Assembly (NCBI GenBank): GCA_015068345.1
Contig: SVKS01000002.1
Location: forward strand, 5,569-69,568
Direction of reading: 5' to 3'
Length of the DNA: 64,000 nt
From: Oscillospiraceae bacterium
GTDB lineage: Bacteria; Bacillota; Clostridia; Oscillospirales; QAMX01
Shown piece by piece: positions 1 through 9,644 of the stretch. Below the pieces are notes generated by a model, which worked only from the letters and a program-made list of their open reading frames with translations, made no database searches and was not told the DNA's origin. The stretch's first letter is position 1. Every line of letters begins with the position of its first letter. The position numbers and the translations under genes are program-made.

Positions 1-1
1 G

Positions 2-1723
2 ACAGTATTTGAAAAATATCAGCAGTGGTTGAATTATGCCGGTCTGGATGAAGCCTCCCGTGCCGAGCTTTTGGCCATGGAAGGTGACGAAAAGGCCATC
101 AAGGATGCCTTTTACGCCCCCCTTTCCTTTGGCACCGCCGGTCTGCGGGGTATCATGGGTGCCGGTCTCAACCGCATGAATATCTACACCGTGGCATGGG
201 CCACCAAGGGTTTGGCCCTCTACATTGCCGAAAACGGCAAGGAAGCCTGCGAAAAGGGCTGTGCCATCGCCTACGACAGCCGCAACAATTCCCCCCTGTT
301 TGCCCGCATTTCTGCCGAAGTGCTGGCCGCCGAGGGCATCAAGGTCTATCTTTTCGATGAACTGCGTCCCACTCCGGAGCTTTCCTTCGCCATCCGCCGC
401 AACGGCTACTTCGCCGGCATCAACATCACCGCCAGCCACAATCCCAAGGAATACAACGGCTACAAGGTCTATGGTGCCGATGGTGCTCAGTTGTCTCCCG
501 CCGCTGCCAGCAAGGTTTCGGCTTATATCGACTCCCTGGATATCTTCAATGATGTCAAGCGGGCAAATTATGACGAAGCAATTGCTTCTGGCATGATCAC
601 CATTCTGGACAAGGGAGAGGACGAATACTTCCTCAACCAGATTCTTTCCTGTGCCATCAATCCCGACGCGGTGAAAAAAGCCGCCGACGATTTCAAGGTC
701 ATCTACACTCCGCTCCACGGTTCGGGCTACCGGCTGGTTCCCGAAGTGCTCCGCCGGATGGGCCTCAAGCATATCCTCTGCGTGGAAGAGCAGATGGTCA
801 TCGATGGCAATTTCCCCACCGTGGCCAGCCCCAATCCCGAAAACCGGGAAGGCTTCACCATCGCCATCGAAATGGCCAAGCAGAATGACGTGGACCTGAT
901 CATCGGCACTGACCCGGATGCCGACCGGGCAGGCACCGCCGTGCGCAACCGGGAAGGGGAGTACGTCACCCTCACCGGCAACCAGATGGGTGTTCTTCTT
1001 CTGGAATACATCATCCATTGCCGCAAGGAGCTTGGCACCCTGGCCCCCAAGGCTCTGGCCATCACCTCCAACGTTTCCACTCGCATGACCGAAGCGGTTG
1101 CTAAGGAAAACGGCGTGGTTATGGACTATTGCTTCACCGGCTTCCGGTTCATTGCCGATCGCATGAACCGTTACATTGCCGACGGTTACCAGTTCCTTCT
1201 GGGCTTTGAGGAATCCTACGGTTACCTCATGGGAGACTATGCCCGTGACAAGGATGCCGTGGGCGCCGCCGCTATGATTGCCGAAATGGCCGCCTATTAT
1301 CACCTCCAGGGCAAAACCCTCTACGACGTGATGATGGAATGCTACGAAAAATACGGCTACTATTCCGAACTCACCATGAACCTGGTCATGCCCGGTCTGG
1401 ATGGTCTGGAAAAGATGCAGAAGCTCATGAAAATGCTTCACGAGGATCCTCCCAAGTCCTTTGCGGGCTTTGGCGTGGTTTCGGTTGCCAACCACCTTAC
1501 CGGCAAAAAGAAGACCGGCGACCTGGTGGAAGACCTGCCTGAGCATTTGATTGGCTCTAACGTTATCGCTTTCACCCTGGATAACGGGGCTGAGCTCATC
1601 ATCCGTCCCTCCGGCACCGAACCCAAGATCAAGGTTTATATCATGGTCAAGGTGGATTCCATGGAAAAGGCCGAGGAAATCAAAGCCTCCCTTTCCTCCG
1701 CCGTCAAGGCTCTTGCCGAATAA
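2..1723 (+). CDS. Phosphoglucomutase/phosphomannomutase family protein (alpha-D-phosphohexomutase); 5' end probably outside window
   Basis: ORF 29..1723. The frame stays open to the window edge (..FEKYQQW precedes the TTG at 29). Phosphoserine loop TASHNPKEYNGYK, metal loop GTDPDADR, GFEESYG motif. Confidence 0.9.
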   Translation, partial: TVFEKYQQWLNYAGLDEASRAELLAMEGDEKAIKDAFYAPLSFGTAGLRGIMGAGLNRMNIYTVAWATKGLALYIAENGKEACEKGCAIAYDSRNNSPLFARISAEVLAAEGIKVYLFDELRPTPELSFAIRRNGYFAGINITASHNPKEYNGYKVYGADGAQLSPAAASKVSAYIDSLDIFNDVKRANYDEAIASGMITILDKGEDEYFLNQILSCAINPDAVKKAADDFKVIYTPLHGSGYRLVPEVLRRMGLKHILCVEEQMVIDGNFPTVASPNPENREGFTIAIEMAKQNDVDLIIGTDPDADRAGTAVRNREGEYVTLTGNQMGVLLLEYIIHCRKELGTLAPKALAITSNVSTRMTEAVAKENGVVMDYCFTGFRFIADRMNRYIADGYQFLLGFEESYGYLMGDYARDKDAVGAAAMIAEMAAYYHLQGKTLYDVMMECYEKYGYYSELTMNLVMPGLDGLEKMQKLMKMLHEDPPKSFAGFGVVSVANHLTGKKKTGDLVEDLPEHLIGSNVIAFTLDNGAELIIRPSGTEPKIKVYIMVKVDSMEKAEEIKASLSSAVKALAE

Positions 1724-1736
1724 GCAACGCAATTAC

Positions 1737-1770
1737 AAAGCGCACAACCGACCGGTTGTGCGCTTTTTTG
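1737..1770. terminator. Intrinsic terminator hairpin between convergent genes
   Basis: AAAGCGCACAACCG / CGGTTGTGCGCTTT inverted repeat followed by TTTTTT on the plus strand. Confidence 0.7.
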
Positions 1771-1771
1771 A

Positions 1772-4099
1772 TTAGCTCTGTTCTGCCAAATAAATGGAAA
1801 TACGGTTTTGTACGTAATCTGCGGCTTGTGCGGCTGTAATCTCTCCGGCAAAATAGCGGCCCGCTTCTTCCAGCAGAACTCTGGTTACATCATTTTTTAC
1901 GTAGGCAAAACACCCTGCATTCTCCAGAAGGTCCCAGGTTGCCTTTTCCAGGGCGGGTTCATTGGGATCCACCCATACCTGCTCTCCCTCTTCGGGTTCG
2001 TAGGGTTTCAGCCGGTTGGCAGTTTCCTCGGTCTTGATGGAAAACAAGCCGCTCTCGTCCCGGAGATAGATCCGGTTTTCCTCATAAAAATAGTGCATCA
2101 AAAACTCTGCCTGGGCTTCCTTCACGTCCTTCTTGTCCACCACTGCCAGGTATTCGCTTCCCCACACCATGGTTCCCTTGTCGGCGGCGGAAGGAACCGA
2201 GCAATAGACCTTGGGGTTTTCCTCGTCGATCAGCCCCCAAACATCCTTATAGGCCGTGATTTGCGTATAATTCAGGTAGGGCGAAGCATCCCCGGTATCC
2301 AGCTCGGCCTGATCCTTGGCCCCCAGAGCGCAAAGTTCCAGGATGGCTGCAAAACTGCCGTCATCAAAATGGCAGGTTTTCTTTTCAAAATCCACCCATT
2401 CATCCAGATAGCGAGTCAGCAAAAGCTCCCCATGTTCCCCTCGGGTACTGTATTTCATATTCACCTGGGGGTGTGCCACCGCGGCCTTGGCGAACCCTTC
2501 CAGGGAATCCAAGGGAATCCCCGAATCCGCCGGGATCATCCAGCCGTAAAGGAAGAAGACCCGGGGCAGGTCATAAATATGTCCCTCGTAGCGGGATGCC
2601 TCCACCACTCCGGAAAGCAGCTTGTCCCCCTCGAAAAGACCAGGGCAAATCTCCTCCATAGGGGTCAAATATCCCCGGTTTGCGTAATTGCGTAGCAACA
2701 TTTTGTCGGTGGATACCACAAAGTCCACCTCTCCTGAAAGCATCGCCAGATTCAGATTGGTAATGTCATTGTAGGTTTTCAGTTCCACCACGGCGTTTTT
2801 CCCTGCCCGGTTAAAGGCTTCCACGCGTTGCCCAAAGCTGGGCTCCAGCCAGCTTTCGACGGTGCCGATCACAAGCTTTTGGATGGTGGAAACAAATTCC
2901 TCCTCCGACGGAGTCAGACGCACCAGCCGGTAATCCACCACCATCAGAAAGCTTCCGTCCGAAAGGGGACGAATGCGGCGAACGGTACTGGATTCGTTAT
3001 AGCCGCACATTTCAATATTGGTCAAACGGTCACAGCTCTTTCCATCGGTGCGATAAAGCTCGGTTCCTGCCATAAAGAAAGCCGCTTTCCCATCGGTAGC
3101 ACACATACCGGTGGGGGCAACCTCCAGCTCAATGGCATTTTCCAGGGTGATTTCGGTGGTGGTTTGGTCAATGGGCACCAGTATCCCCACCGGTGTGGGT
3201 CTCTCCCCAATAGCATTTCCCTTCTTGTTATAATGCATGATAACATACATCTGCCCGTCGATTTCGCAAACCCCATGGATTTCACTCACCGGCACATCCC
3301 TTTTTGGCTGGGGCGGGTCGATTTTCCGGTCGTTAATAAAGAGATAATTATCCGCATACCCCGTCACCTTGGTCACCGAATATACCACGCCATCCTTCAC
3401 CCAATACTGCAGGTCCCGCAGGCCTACCGGGTTGTTTTTACCGGGACTGGTTGCGGCATCCCCTATTTTGGTGGTAATGGTGGTCTCTTCTTCCACGATA
3501 TCGGTCTGTTGTATGCCGTCGATTTCCTTCAATTTGACAAAAGTTTGCTCATAATCGTGTTCAAAATAAGCAAACAATCTATTTTCGTCCTTCCACATTT
3601 CGTAGGTGCTTCCTTGTAGTTCCAACCACTCGGCATAGGGGTTTTCCCATTGCACCACCGATGCCCGAAAGTTGTAATTGGCATCCCCGAAGGAGTCGAA
3701 CAGTCTGGCATATTCCACTCCGGTGGCCTCCCGTTCCCCGGTTTCGGCCGAAAAGTCGGCGTTATAATGGTAATATGCGCTATGAATGATAGAGGTGTAG
3801 GGCTCCCGGTAGCAGGCGTGATCTACCACATCCAGCTCGCGCCCATCCTCCATTTGCATGGTTTTCATGTCCACGATCTCCGGCGTACCAACCAGCACCT
3901 TGAAGCCACCGTTGCCGTCCTCGTCGGCGTCCATAACGTATTGGTCATCGGTCAGATCCAGGCCGACCCGTTCCGCCTTGAAATTCAGAATTGCCGGTGA
4001 GGATTCAGCCGTCTCCCCGTCGGAGCAGGAAGCAAGGATAGATCCAGCCAAAAGCAAGACCATACATGCTGCGGCAATAGGCTTTCGTAGCTTTTTCAT
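1772..4099 (-). CDS. Large lipoprotein: N-terminal uncharacterised (possibly beta-propeller-like) region plus C-terminal solute-binding-protein-like region; paralog of 28481..29935 and 29952..31913
   Basis: ORF 1772..4117. ATG at 4099 is preferred (AAAGGAAAAG RBS upstream). Signal peptide with lipobox ILAS|C. The C-terminal half aligns by eye with the other two lipoproteins (LSGEVDFV.., ..YVQNRISIYLAEQS). Confidence 0.75.
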   Translation of the reverse strand: MKKLRKPIAAACMVLLLAGSILASCSDGETAESSPAILNFKAERVGLDLTDDQYVMDADEDGNGGFKVLVGTPEIVDMKTMQMEDGRELDVVDHACYREPYTSIIHSAYYHYNADFSAETGEREATGVEYARLFDSFGDANYNFRASVVQWENPYAEWLELQGSTYEMWKDENRLFAYFEHDYEQTFVKLKEIDGIQQTDIVEEETTITTKIGDAATSPGKNNPVGLRDLQYWVKDGVVYSVTKVTGYADNYLFINDRKIDPPQPKRDVPVSEIHGVCEIDGQMYVIMHYNKKGNAIGERPTPVGILVPIDQTTTEITLENAIELEVAPTGMCATDGKAAFFMAGTELYRTDGKSCDRLTNIEMCGYNESSTVRRIRPLSDGSFLMVVDYRLVRLTPSEEEFVSTIQKLVIGTVESWLEPSFGQRVEAFNRAGKNAVVELKTYNDITNLNLAMLSGEVDFVVSTDKMLLRNYANRGYLTPMEEICPGLFEGDKLLSGVVEASRYEGHIYDLPRVFFLYGWMIPADSGIPLDSLEGFAKAAVAHPQVNMKYSTRGEHGELLLTRYLDEWVDFEKKTCHFDDGSFAAILELCALGAKDQAELDTGDASPYLNYTQITAYKDVWGLIDEENPKVYCSVPSAADKGTMVWGSEYLAVVDKKDVKEAQAEFLMHYFYEENRIYLRDESGLFSIKTEETANRLKPYEPEEGEQVWVDPNEPALEKATWDLLENAGCFAYVKNDVTRVLLEEAGRYFAGEITAAQAADYVQNRISIYLAEQS

Positions 4100-4196
4100 G
4101 GCAACTTTTCCTTTCATTTTTTGTATTTTTTCTCAATGTCATGATAGCACATCGTAATTATATTGTAAATACCTTTTTCTGAATTTGTTTTATTCC

Positions 4197-4233
4197 CGAA
4201 AAAACCTCCTCACGAAGATTCGTGAGGAGGTTT
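4197..4233 (-). terminator. Intrinsic terminator of prmA
   Basis: AACCTCCTCACGAA / TTCGTGAGGAGGTT stem, followed on the minus strand by a T-run (plus-strand A-run 4199..4204). Confidence 0.75.
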
Positions 4234-4239
4234 CACTCT

Positions 4240-5199
4240 TTACTTTTCCACGACCACGCTGGCCCAATCGTCCTTGTCCCGGACTTTGACAACCTTGAAG
4301 CCCTGGGCTTCGGCACCGGTGGTGATTTCATCCAGCCGTTCCAGGATAATGCCCGAAAGCACCGCTCTGCAGCCCGGTTTCAAAACCTTGTGCATAAAGA
4401 GCATAATGGCTAAGAGCACGTCGGCCACGATGTTGGCGGCCACCACGTCATAGCCTTCCCCAATGGTTTCGATCAATTCGGTATCGCTCGTTACGTCGCC
4501 CACGTAGGTTTTGGCGGAAAGGTTCACCCGGCTGATATTTTCGTTTGCAATCCGCACGGCATTTTCGTCAATGTCCACCGCCGTCAGGTCCCGGGCACCC
4601 AAAAGGCCCGCCGCCATGGTCAGGATGCCGCTTCCGCATCCAAGATCCAGGAATCGGCAGTCTCCGGTGACGAGTTCTTCCAGGGCTTCGATGCAAAGCT
4701 GGGTGGTGGCGTGTCCGCCGGTGCCAAAAGAGGAGGCAGGGTCGATTTCCAGCACGGTTCTTCCCTGGGTGTCCTCCAGCTCTTCCCAGCTGGGTTTGAT
4801 GATGAATTTGTCCCCCACGGTGAAGGGTTTGAAATACTGTTTCCAGTTGTTTTCCCAATCCTCTTCCCGCACAGTGCCAACTTCCAGCTCCAGGCTTCCA
4901 AACAGGCCCTCTTCATCCCGTTCCTTGATCTCGGCAAGTACCCGCTTGACTTCCTCCAGCTGTTCGGCTCCCTGGGCGTTATTGGCCAGGTAGAGCTTCA
5001 CGGCACATTCCATGGTGGCCATGGCCTCCATCAGGTCCTCGTCCACATAGTCCCAGCGGGGGGTATTGCTGGCCAGAAAATCTTCAAAATCCGAAGCATC
5101 CTCAATGACAAAATTGGAAAGCCCTGCAATGGCCAGAGCCCCGGTGACAATATCGATGCCTTCGGTGGTGGTGCTGATTTTTATTTCTCGAAATTCCAT
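4240..5199 (-). CDS. prmA: Ribosomal protein L11 methyltransferase
   Basis: ORF 4240..5265. Start moved to ATG 5199 (MEFREIKI..), preceded by GGAGAAGG. Motifs GTGGHATTQLC and SAM-binding LDLGCGSGIL. Confidence 0.9.
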   Translation of the reverse strand: MEFREIKISTTTEGIDIVTGALAIAGLSNFVIEDASDFEDFLASNTPRWDYVDEDLMEAMATMECAVKLYLANNAQGAEQLEEVKRVLAEIKERDEEGLFGSLELEVGTVREEDWENNWKQYFKPFTVGDKFIIKPSWEELEDTQGRTVLEIDPASSFGTGGHATTQLCIEALEELVTGDCRFLDLGCGSGILTMAAGLLGARDLTAVDIDENAVRIANENISRVNLSAKTYVGDVTSDTELIETIGEGYDVVAANIVADVLLAIMLFMHKVLKPGCRAVLSGIILERLDEITTGAEAQGFKVVKVRDKDDWASVVVEK

Positions 5200-5321
5200 T
5201 GATCCTTCTCCATTCCTTGGTTGTGCTTCTATTGTAACCCGGATTCCATCGTAATGCAAGGGCAAATCTGCATTTTCCTGAAAAGTTGTCCATTTCTTTT
5301 GAAATATTCCCGAAATAGCAC

Positions 5322-5350
5322 TTGCAAATTCGGTTTTTTTATGCTATCAT
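5322..5350 (+). promoter_or_regulatory. Putative sigma-A promoter of secG
   Basis: TTGCAA (5322..5327), 17-nt spacer, TATCAT (5345..5350). Confidence 0.4.
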
Positions 5351-5392
5351 AAGTAGTACAGTTTTTAGAGAAGATTGGCTTGGAGGCTTATT

Positions 5393-5626
5393 ATGGAAAC
5401 TTTAAAACTCATCCTGGTTATCATCCAGTTTATCATGTCCCTTGCTTTGGTCGCGGTCGTCCTCTTCCAGAGCGGCAGATCCAACTCCCTGGGCAGCATT
5501 GCCGGCGTCGCCGACAGCTTCCTTTCCCGCAGCAAGGCCACCACTCTGGACGGCAAACTTTCCAAGGCTACCGCCATTGGTACCGCCGTTTACATGGTTC
5601 TTACCCTGGTGATCTCCCTGATCTGA
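5393..5626 (+). CDS. secG: Preprotein translocase subunit SecG
   Basis: ORF 5375..5626. ATG at 5393 follows GGAGG (5382..5386). About 77 aa with two TM helices and a Gly/Ser-rich loop (LFQSGRSNSLGSIAG), typical of SecG. Confidence 0.85.
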   Translation: METLKLILVIIQFIMSLALVAVVLFQSGRSNSLGSIAGVADSFLSRSKATTLDGKLSKATAIGTAVYMVLTLVISLI

Positions 5627-5649
5627 GAATAGGTAAATAAAAAGGTACA

Positions 5650-5685
5650 AAAGGCGGAGAAAAATTCTCCGCCTTCTTGTTTTGT
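5650..5685 (+). terminator. Intrinsic terminator after secG
   Basis: AAGGCGGAGAA / TTCTCCGCCTT stem followed by a T-rich tract. Confidence 0.7.
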
Positions 5686-5687
5686 TG

Positions 5688-5716
5688 TTGATGGCGAAGC
5701 ATTTTTGTGGTATAAT
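5688..5716 (+). promoter_or_regulatory. Putative extended -10 promoter of gdpP-rplI-dnaB
   Basis: TTGATG (5688..5693), 17-nt spacer ending in TGg, TATAAT (5711..5716). Confidence 0.45.
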
Positions 5717-5799
5717 AGGCTCAAAGTGGTGTATTGTACCCGTTTTGTATCCGGGTCTTTTCCGGGCATTCCGGCGCCATTCATTCTGGGGGAACGATT

Positions 5800-7791
5800 A
5801 TGGATAAAAAGCTCCTTCGCACCTTTGAACCTGTCATTCTTTTATATTTCGTGGTGATGGCAATCTTTGCCTTCATCACCTTTTCGGTTAATTTCTGGCT
5901 GGGTATTGCCGAAGTTGCTTTTACGTTGCTATCCGCCGGCCTCTATCCTGTGGTAATCTCCCGGCGAAAAAAACGCCTGATGAAACTTCTGGAATCCTCC
6001 CTCCTCAGTGCCGATACCCTTTCCAGCAAGAGCATGTTCTCCTTCCCCCTTCCCATGACGGTGGTTCGTTCCCAATCCGGGGAAATCATTTGGTGCAACG
6101 ACAGCTTCAAGGAACTCAATCCCGACCTGCAGGAACTTTTTGACGTTAAATTAACCGACATCATTCCCGGGTTTGAGCTTCGCTGGCTCACCGCCGGAGC
6201 TACCATCTGCCCCTACGACATCGACTACGCCGGCAAAGTATACACCATTTACGGCTCGATTTTTGATGCCGGTGATGCCTCCTCCGACGAGGATGACATG
6301 GTCATTCTCTATTGGCAGGACAAAACCGACCTTCTTACCCTTCAGCGCAGTATCGAGGACAAAAACGTCATTTGTGCCGAAATCGTATTTGACAACTACG
6401 ACGAGGTTATGAATAACCTCTCTGACTCCCGCCGCAGTGAAATCCAGGCGGCGGTGGAAAAAGAACTCTATACCTGGGCCCATCCGGCTGGGGGCGTTCT
6501 CCGGAAGGTAGACCGGGATCGGTTCATCTTTATTTTCGAAGAGAAGCATTTCCGCCATTTTCTGGAAGAAAAATTTTCTATTCGGAAGCAGTTGGCTCAG
6601 AATCCGGTTTTGGCCGATTCCGCCACCACCCTCAGCATTGGTATCGGTCGGGATGGTGACACCCTGCGGGATTCCATGCACAACGCCCGCCTGGCGCTGG
6701 ATATGGCTCTTTCCCGGGGCGGTGACCAGGTGGTGGTTCGTTCCCGACTGAGCTTCGATTTCTATGGCGGCCGGGGCAGCGAATACGAAAAGCGAACCAA
6801 GGTCAAATCCCGCATTATGGCCAACGTTCTGGGCGGTCTCATCCGGGACGCAGGTAGTCTTTACATTATGGGCCACGGCTTTGCCGATAACGACAGTCTG
6901 GGTGCTGCAGTGGGTCTGGTTTGCGCCGGCCGTAAATTCGGCAAAAAGACCTCTATTATCATTGATACCGAAAAAAATAACACCGGTCCTATGCTTGCCA
7001 TGCTTGCTAAGCAGGAGGAATATAAGTCGGTCTTCATCTCCCCGGAGGAAGCCATGGTGGACGCCACCGCCGATTCCCTTTTGATTGTGGTGGATACCAA
7101 CCGGCCCCAGTACGTGGAATCCCCCACGGTTTTGGAATCCTTCAACCGGGTTGCGGTTATCGACCATCATCGCCGTGCCGCCGATTATATCGAGGATGCG
7201 GCAGTCAATATCCATGAACCCTCTGCTTCCTCCACCTGCGAAATCGTGGTGGAACTGCTCCAATATCTGGTCAATCCCAACGAAATCCTCAAGTGCGAGG
7301 CGGTGTGTCTCCTGGCGGGCATTTCGCTGGACACCAAAACCTTCACCCTGAAAACCGGTGTCCGCACCTTCGATGCCGCCTCCTTCCTGCGGCGCATCGG
7401 TGCCGATATGCTGGAAGTCAAGCACCTGTTCCAAAACGACTTCGATAACTACCTTAAGCGAAGCGAACTGATTCGACACACCATTTTCTACGAGCAAATG
7501 CACGCCATCGTCAAAAGCCCCGAATCGGTGGACAGCGTGATTGCGGCCCAGGCCGCCGACGAGCTTCTTTCGGTGGTGGGAGTCCGCGCTTCCTTCGTAC
7601 TCTTCCCCGCCGGCAATCAGATCAGAATTTCTGCCCGGAGCCTTGGGGAAATCAACGTACAACTCATTCTCGAACGACTTGGCGGCGGTGGTCACCTGAC
7701 CGCAGCCGGTTGCCAAATCAATGGGGTCACATTGGATAAAGCCTATGCCATGCTGACCGAAGCCATTGACAACTATACTTCACAAATGTAA
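5800..7791 (+). CDS. gdpP: Cyclic-di-AMP phosphodiesterase GdpP (membrane-anchored PAS/degenerate GGDEF/DHH-DHHA1 protein)
   Basis: ORF 5734..7791. ATG at 5800 (MDKKLL..). Two N-terminal TM helices, DHH motif (VIDHHRR), DHHA1 GGGGH motif. Conserved gdpP-rplI-dnaB synteny as in B. subtilis yybT-rplI-dnaC. Confidence 0.85.
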   Translation: MDKKLLRTFEPVILLYFVVMAIFAFITFSVNFWLGIAEVAFTLLSAGLYPVVISRRKKRLMKLLESSLLSADTLSSKSMFSFPLPMTVVRSQSGEIIWCNDSFKELNPDLQELFDVKLTDIIPGFELRWLTAGATICPYDIDYAGKVYTIYGSIFDAGDASSDEDDMVILYWQDKTDLLTLQRSIEDKNVICAEIVFDNYDEVMNNLSDSRRSEIQAAVEKELYTWAHPAGGVLRKVDRDRFIFIFEEKHFRHFLEEKFSIRKQLAQNPVLADSATTLSIGIGRDGDTLRDSMHNARLALDMALSRGGDQVVVRSRLSFDFYGGRGSEYEKRTKVKSRIMANVLGGLIRDAGSLYIMGHGFADNDSLGAAVGLVCAGRKFGKKTSIIIDTEKNNTGPMLAMLAKQEEYKSVFISPEEAMVDATADSLLIVVDTNRPQYVESPTVLESFNRVAVIDHHRRAADYIEDAAVNIHEPSASSTCEIVVELLQYLVNPNEILKCEAVCLLAGISLDTKTFTLKTGVRTFDAASFLRRIGADMLEVKHLFQNDFDNYLKRSELIRHTIFYEQMHAIVKSPESVDSVIAAQAADELLSVVGVRASFVLFPAGNQIRISARSLGEINVQLILERLGGGGHLTAAGCQINGVTLDKAYAMLTEAIDNYTSQM

Positions 7792-7812
7792 CGAAAAGGA
7801 TGGTATTTGAAT

Positions 7813-8259
7813 ATGCAGGTTATTTTGAAAGCTGACGTTCGCGGCCAGGGCAAAAAAGGCCAACTGGTCAACGTTTCCGACGGGTTCGCCCGTAACTTCC
7901 TCTTCCCCAAGGGTCTTGCGGTGGAAGCCAATGCCGCCAACCTGAATGAAATTAAGCAGAAGGCTTCTTCGGATGCCCACAAGCTTCAGCAGAACCGGGA
8001 ACGCGCCCGGGAAGTAAAGGAACAGCTGAAGGAAGCCACCGTCAAGGTTGTCGCCAAGGGCGGCAGCAACGGCAAGCTCTTCGGTTCGGTTACCACCAAG
8101 GAAATTGCTGAGGCTTTGAAAGCCCAGTTCAAGGTGGACGTGGATCGCCGTATGATCGTACTGGAAGAACCTCTGAAACAGTTTGGCACCTACGAAGTCA
8201 AGGTCAAGCTGTTTGAAGACGTCAGCGCTACCATGAAGGTGGAACTGATCCAGGCATAA
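7813..8259 (+). CDS. rplI: 50S ribosomal protein L9
   Basis: ORF 7807..8259. ATG at 7813 (MQVILKADVRGQGKKGQLVNVSDGFARNFLFPKGLA), the canonical L9 N-terminus. Confidence 0.95.
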   Translation: MQVILKADVRGQGKKGQLVNVSDGFARNFLFPKGLAVEANAANLNEIKQKASSDAHKLQQNRERAREVKEQLKEATVKVVAKGGSNGKLFGSVTTKEIAEALKAQFKVDVDRRMIVLEEPLKQFGTYEVKVKLFEDVSATMKVELIQA

Positions 8260-8282
8260 AATAAACCGGAAGGAAACCAGGG

Positions 8283-9641
8283 ATGGAAAGTGAACTGATT
8301 GGTCGAAAGGTACCCTACAGTGTTGTCGCCGAACAGTCGGTGCTGGGTGCCATGCTCATCGACCCCATAAAATGCGTACCGGAGATTGTCAGTCTCCTGA
8401 AGGCAGAGGATTTCTATGTCCCGGAAAATCGCACGATTTTCGAGACTCTCTTTGGCATGTTCAATTTCAATCTTCCCATCGACTCGGTCACCCTGACCAA
8501 TGAACTGCAACGCAACGGTTCCTTTGATGAAATGGGAGGGCAATCCTATCTGGCCCAGATTCTTTCCACAACACCCACCTCGGCAAACTTTCGGGAATAC
8601 GCCAAGATCGTCAAGGAAAAGTCGATCCTGCGCCGTCTGGCGGAGGTCACCGGGGATATTTATAACAAGGTCATGGCCGGTGAAAGCGATGTGGAATCTC
8701 TGATTGAATCGGCAGAGCAGGGAATCTACTCCCTGCGCTACAATTCTGCCGGGGATGGGCTGGTGCACATCCGCTCGGTTATTCAGAGCACCTATGCCCA
8801 CTTTGAACTGGTGGAAAAGAACGGGGGTAAGCTCCCCGGTCTTTCCAGCGGCTTCGAATCGCTGGACCGGGTTCTCACCGGTCTCAACAACTCCGATATG
8901 CTTATCGTCGCCGCCCGACCGGGTGTCGGTAAAACCTCCTTCGTTCTCAACCTGGCCCTCAATGCCTCCCGCAATGCTCCCAATAAAAAGGTTGCCATCT
9001 TCAGTCTGGAAATGGGCCGGGAACAGCTGGCTATGCGTCTGCTTTCCAGCCAGGCTTTGGTAGAATTCAAGAAACTCCGCACCTGTTCCCTGGAACCGGA
9101 AGAATGGGAGCGGGTTGCCCAATCCACCCAATTGATTTCGGGCACTCAGATCTATATTGACGACACCCCCGATACCACCCCCGGTGAGATCAAGGCCAAA
9201 TGCCGCCGCCTGGGTGACGGATTGGGTATGATCATCATTGACTACCTGCAGCTTCTCAAATCCGGCAAGGGTTTGGATAACCGGGTGCAGGAGGTTGCTG
9301 AAATCTCCCGTGCCCTTAAGATCATGGCCAAGGAGCTCAACGTACCGGTGCTTTGCTGCGCTCAGCTTTCCCGTTCGGTGGAAAGCCGCGACGACAAGCG
9401 TCCCCGTCTTTCCGACCTGCGTGACTCCGGCTCCATTGAGCAGGACGCCGACATCATCATGTTCCTTTCCCACCCGGACGAAAAGGAACCCAACTACGAA
9501 AACACCGTGGATTGCCACATTGCCAAAAACCGTCACGGCGAAACCCAAAAGGTATCCTTCCACTGGATCGGTAAATACTATCGCTTCATGAGCGAGGAAT
9601 CCCGCTTTGACAGTGCCCTTCCTCCGGGCGCCGGGGAATAA
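8283..9641 (+). CDS. dnaB: Replicative DNA helicase (DnaB family; DnaC in B. subtilis nomenclature)
   Basis: 452 aa. N-terminal PYSVVAEQSVLGAML, Walker A ARPGVGKTSF, IIDYLQL, SGSIEQDADI motifs. Synteny after rplI. Confidence 0.95.
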   Translation: MESELIGRKVPYSVVAEQSVLGAMLIDPIKCVPEIVSLLKAEDFYVPENRTIFETLFGMFNFNLPIDSVTLTNELQRNGSFDEMGGQSYLAQILSTTPTSANFREYAKIVKEKSILRRLAEVTGDIYNKVMAGESDVESLIESAEQGIYSLRYNSAGDGLVHIRSVIQSTYAHFELVEKNGGKLPGLSSGFESLDRVLTGLNNSDMLIVAARPGVGKTSFVLNLALNASRNAPNKKVAIFSLEMGREQLAMRLLSSQALVEFKKLRTCSLEPEEWERVAQSTQLISGTQIYIDDTPDTTPGEIKAKCRRLGDGLGMIIIDYLQLLKSGKGLDNRVQEVAEISRALKIMAKELNVPVLCCAQLSRSVESRDDKRPRLSDLRDSGSIEQDADIIMFLSHPDEKEPNYENTVDCHIAKNRHGETQKVSFHWIGKYYRFMSEESRFDSALPPGAGE

Positions 9642-9644
9642 GCT

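Noticed and set aside
8190-9563. A 457-aa ORF antisense to dnaB. Similar long antisense ORFs lie opposite gdpP (6151..7716), ftsH (11604..12749), GH43/DUF523 (15779..17227), rimO (20716..22113), citrate synthase (33042..34385) and MATE (18499..19608).
   Set aside because: Each mirrors a strongly supported conserved gene. The translations are low-complexity (G/V/H/R/P-rich) and lack RBSs and recognisable motifs. This is a typical stop-codon-poor antisense frame of codon-biased, GC-rich genes.
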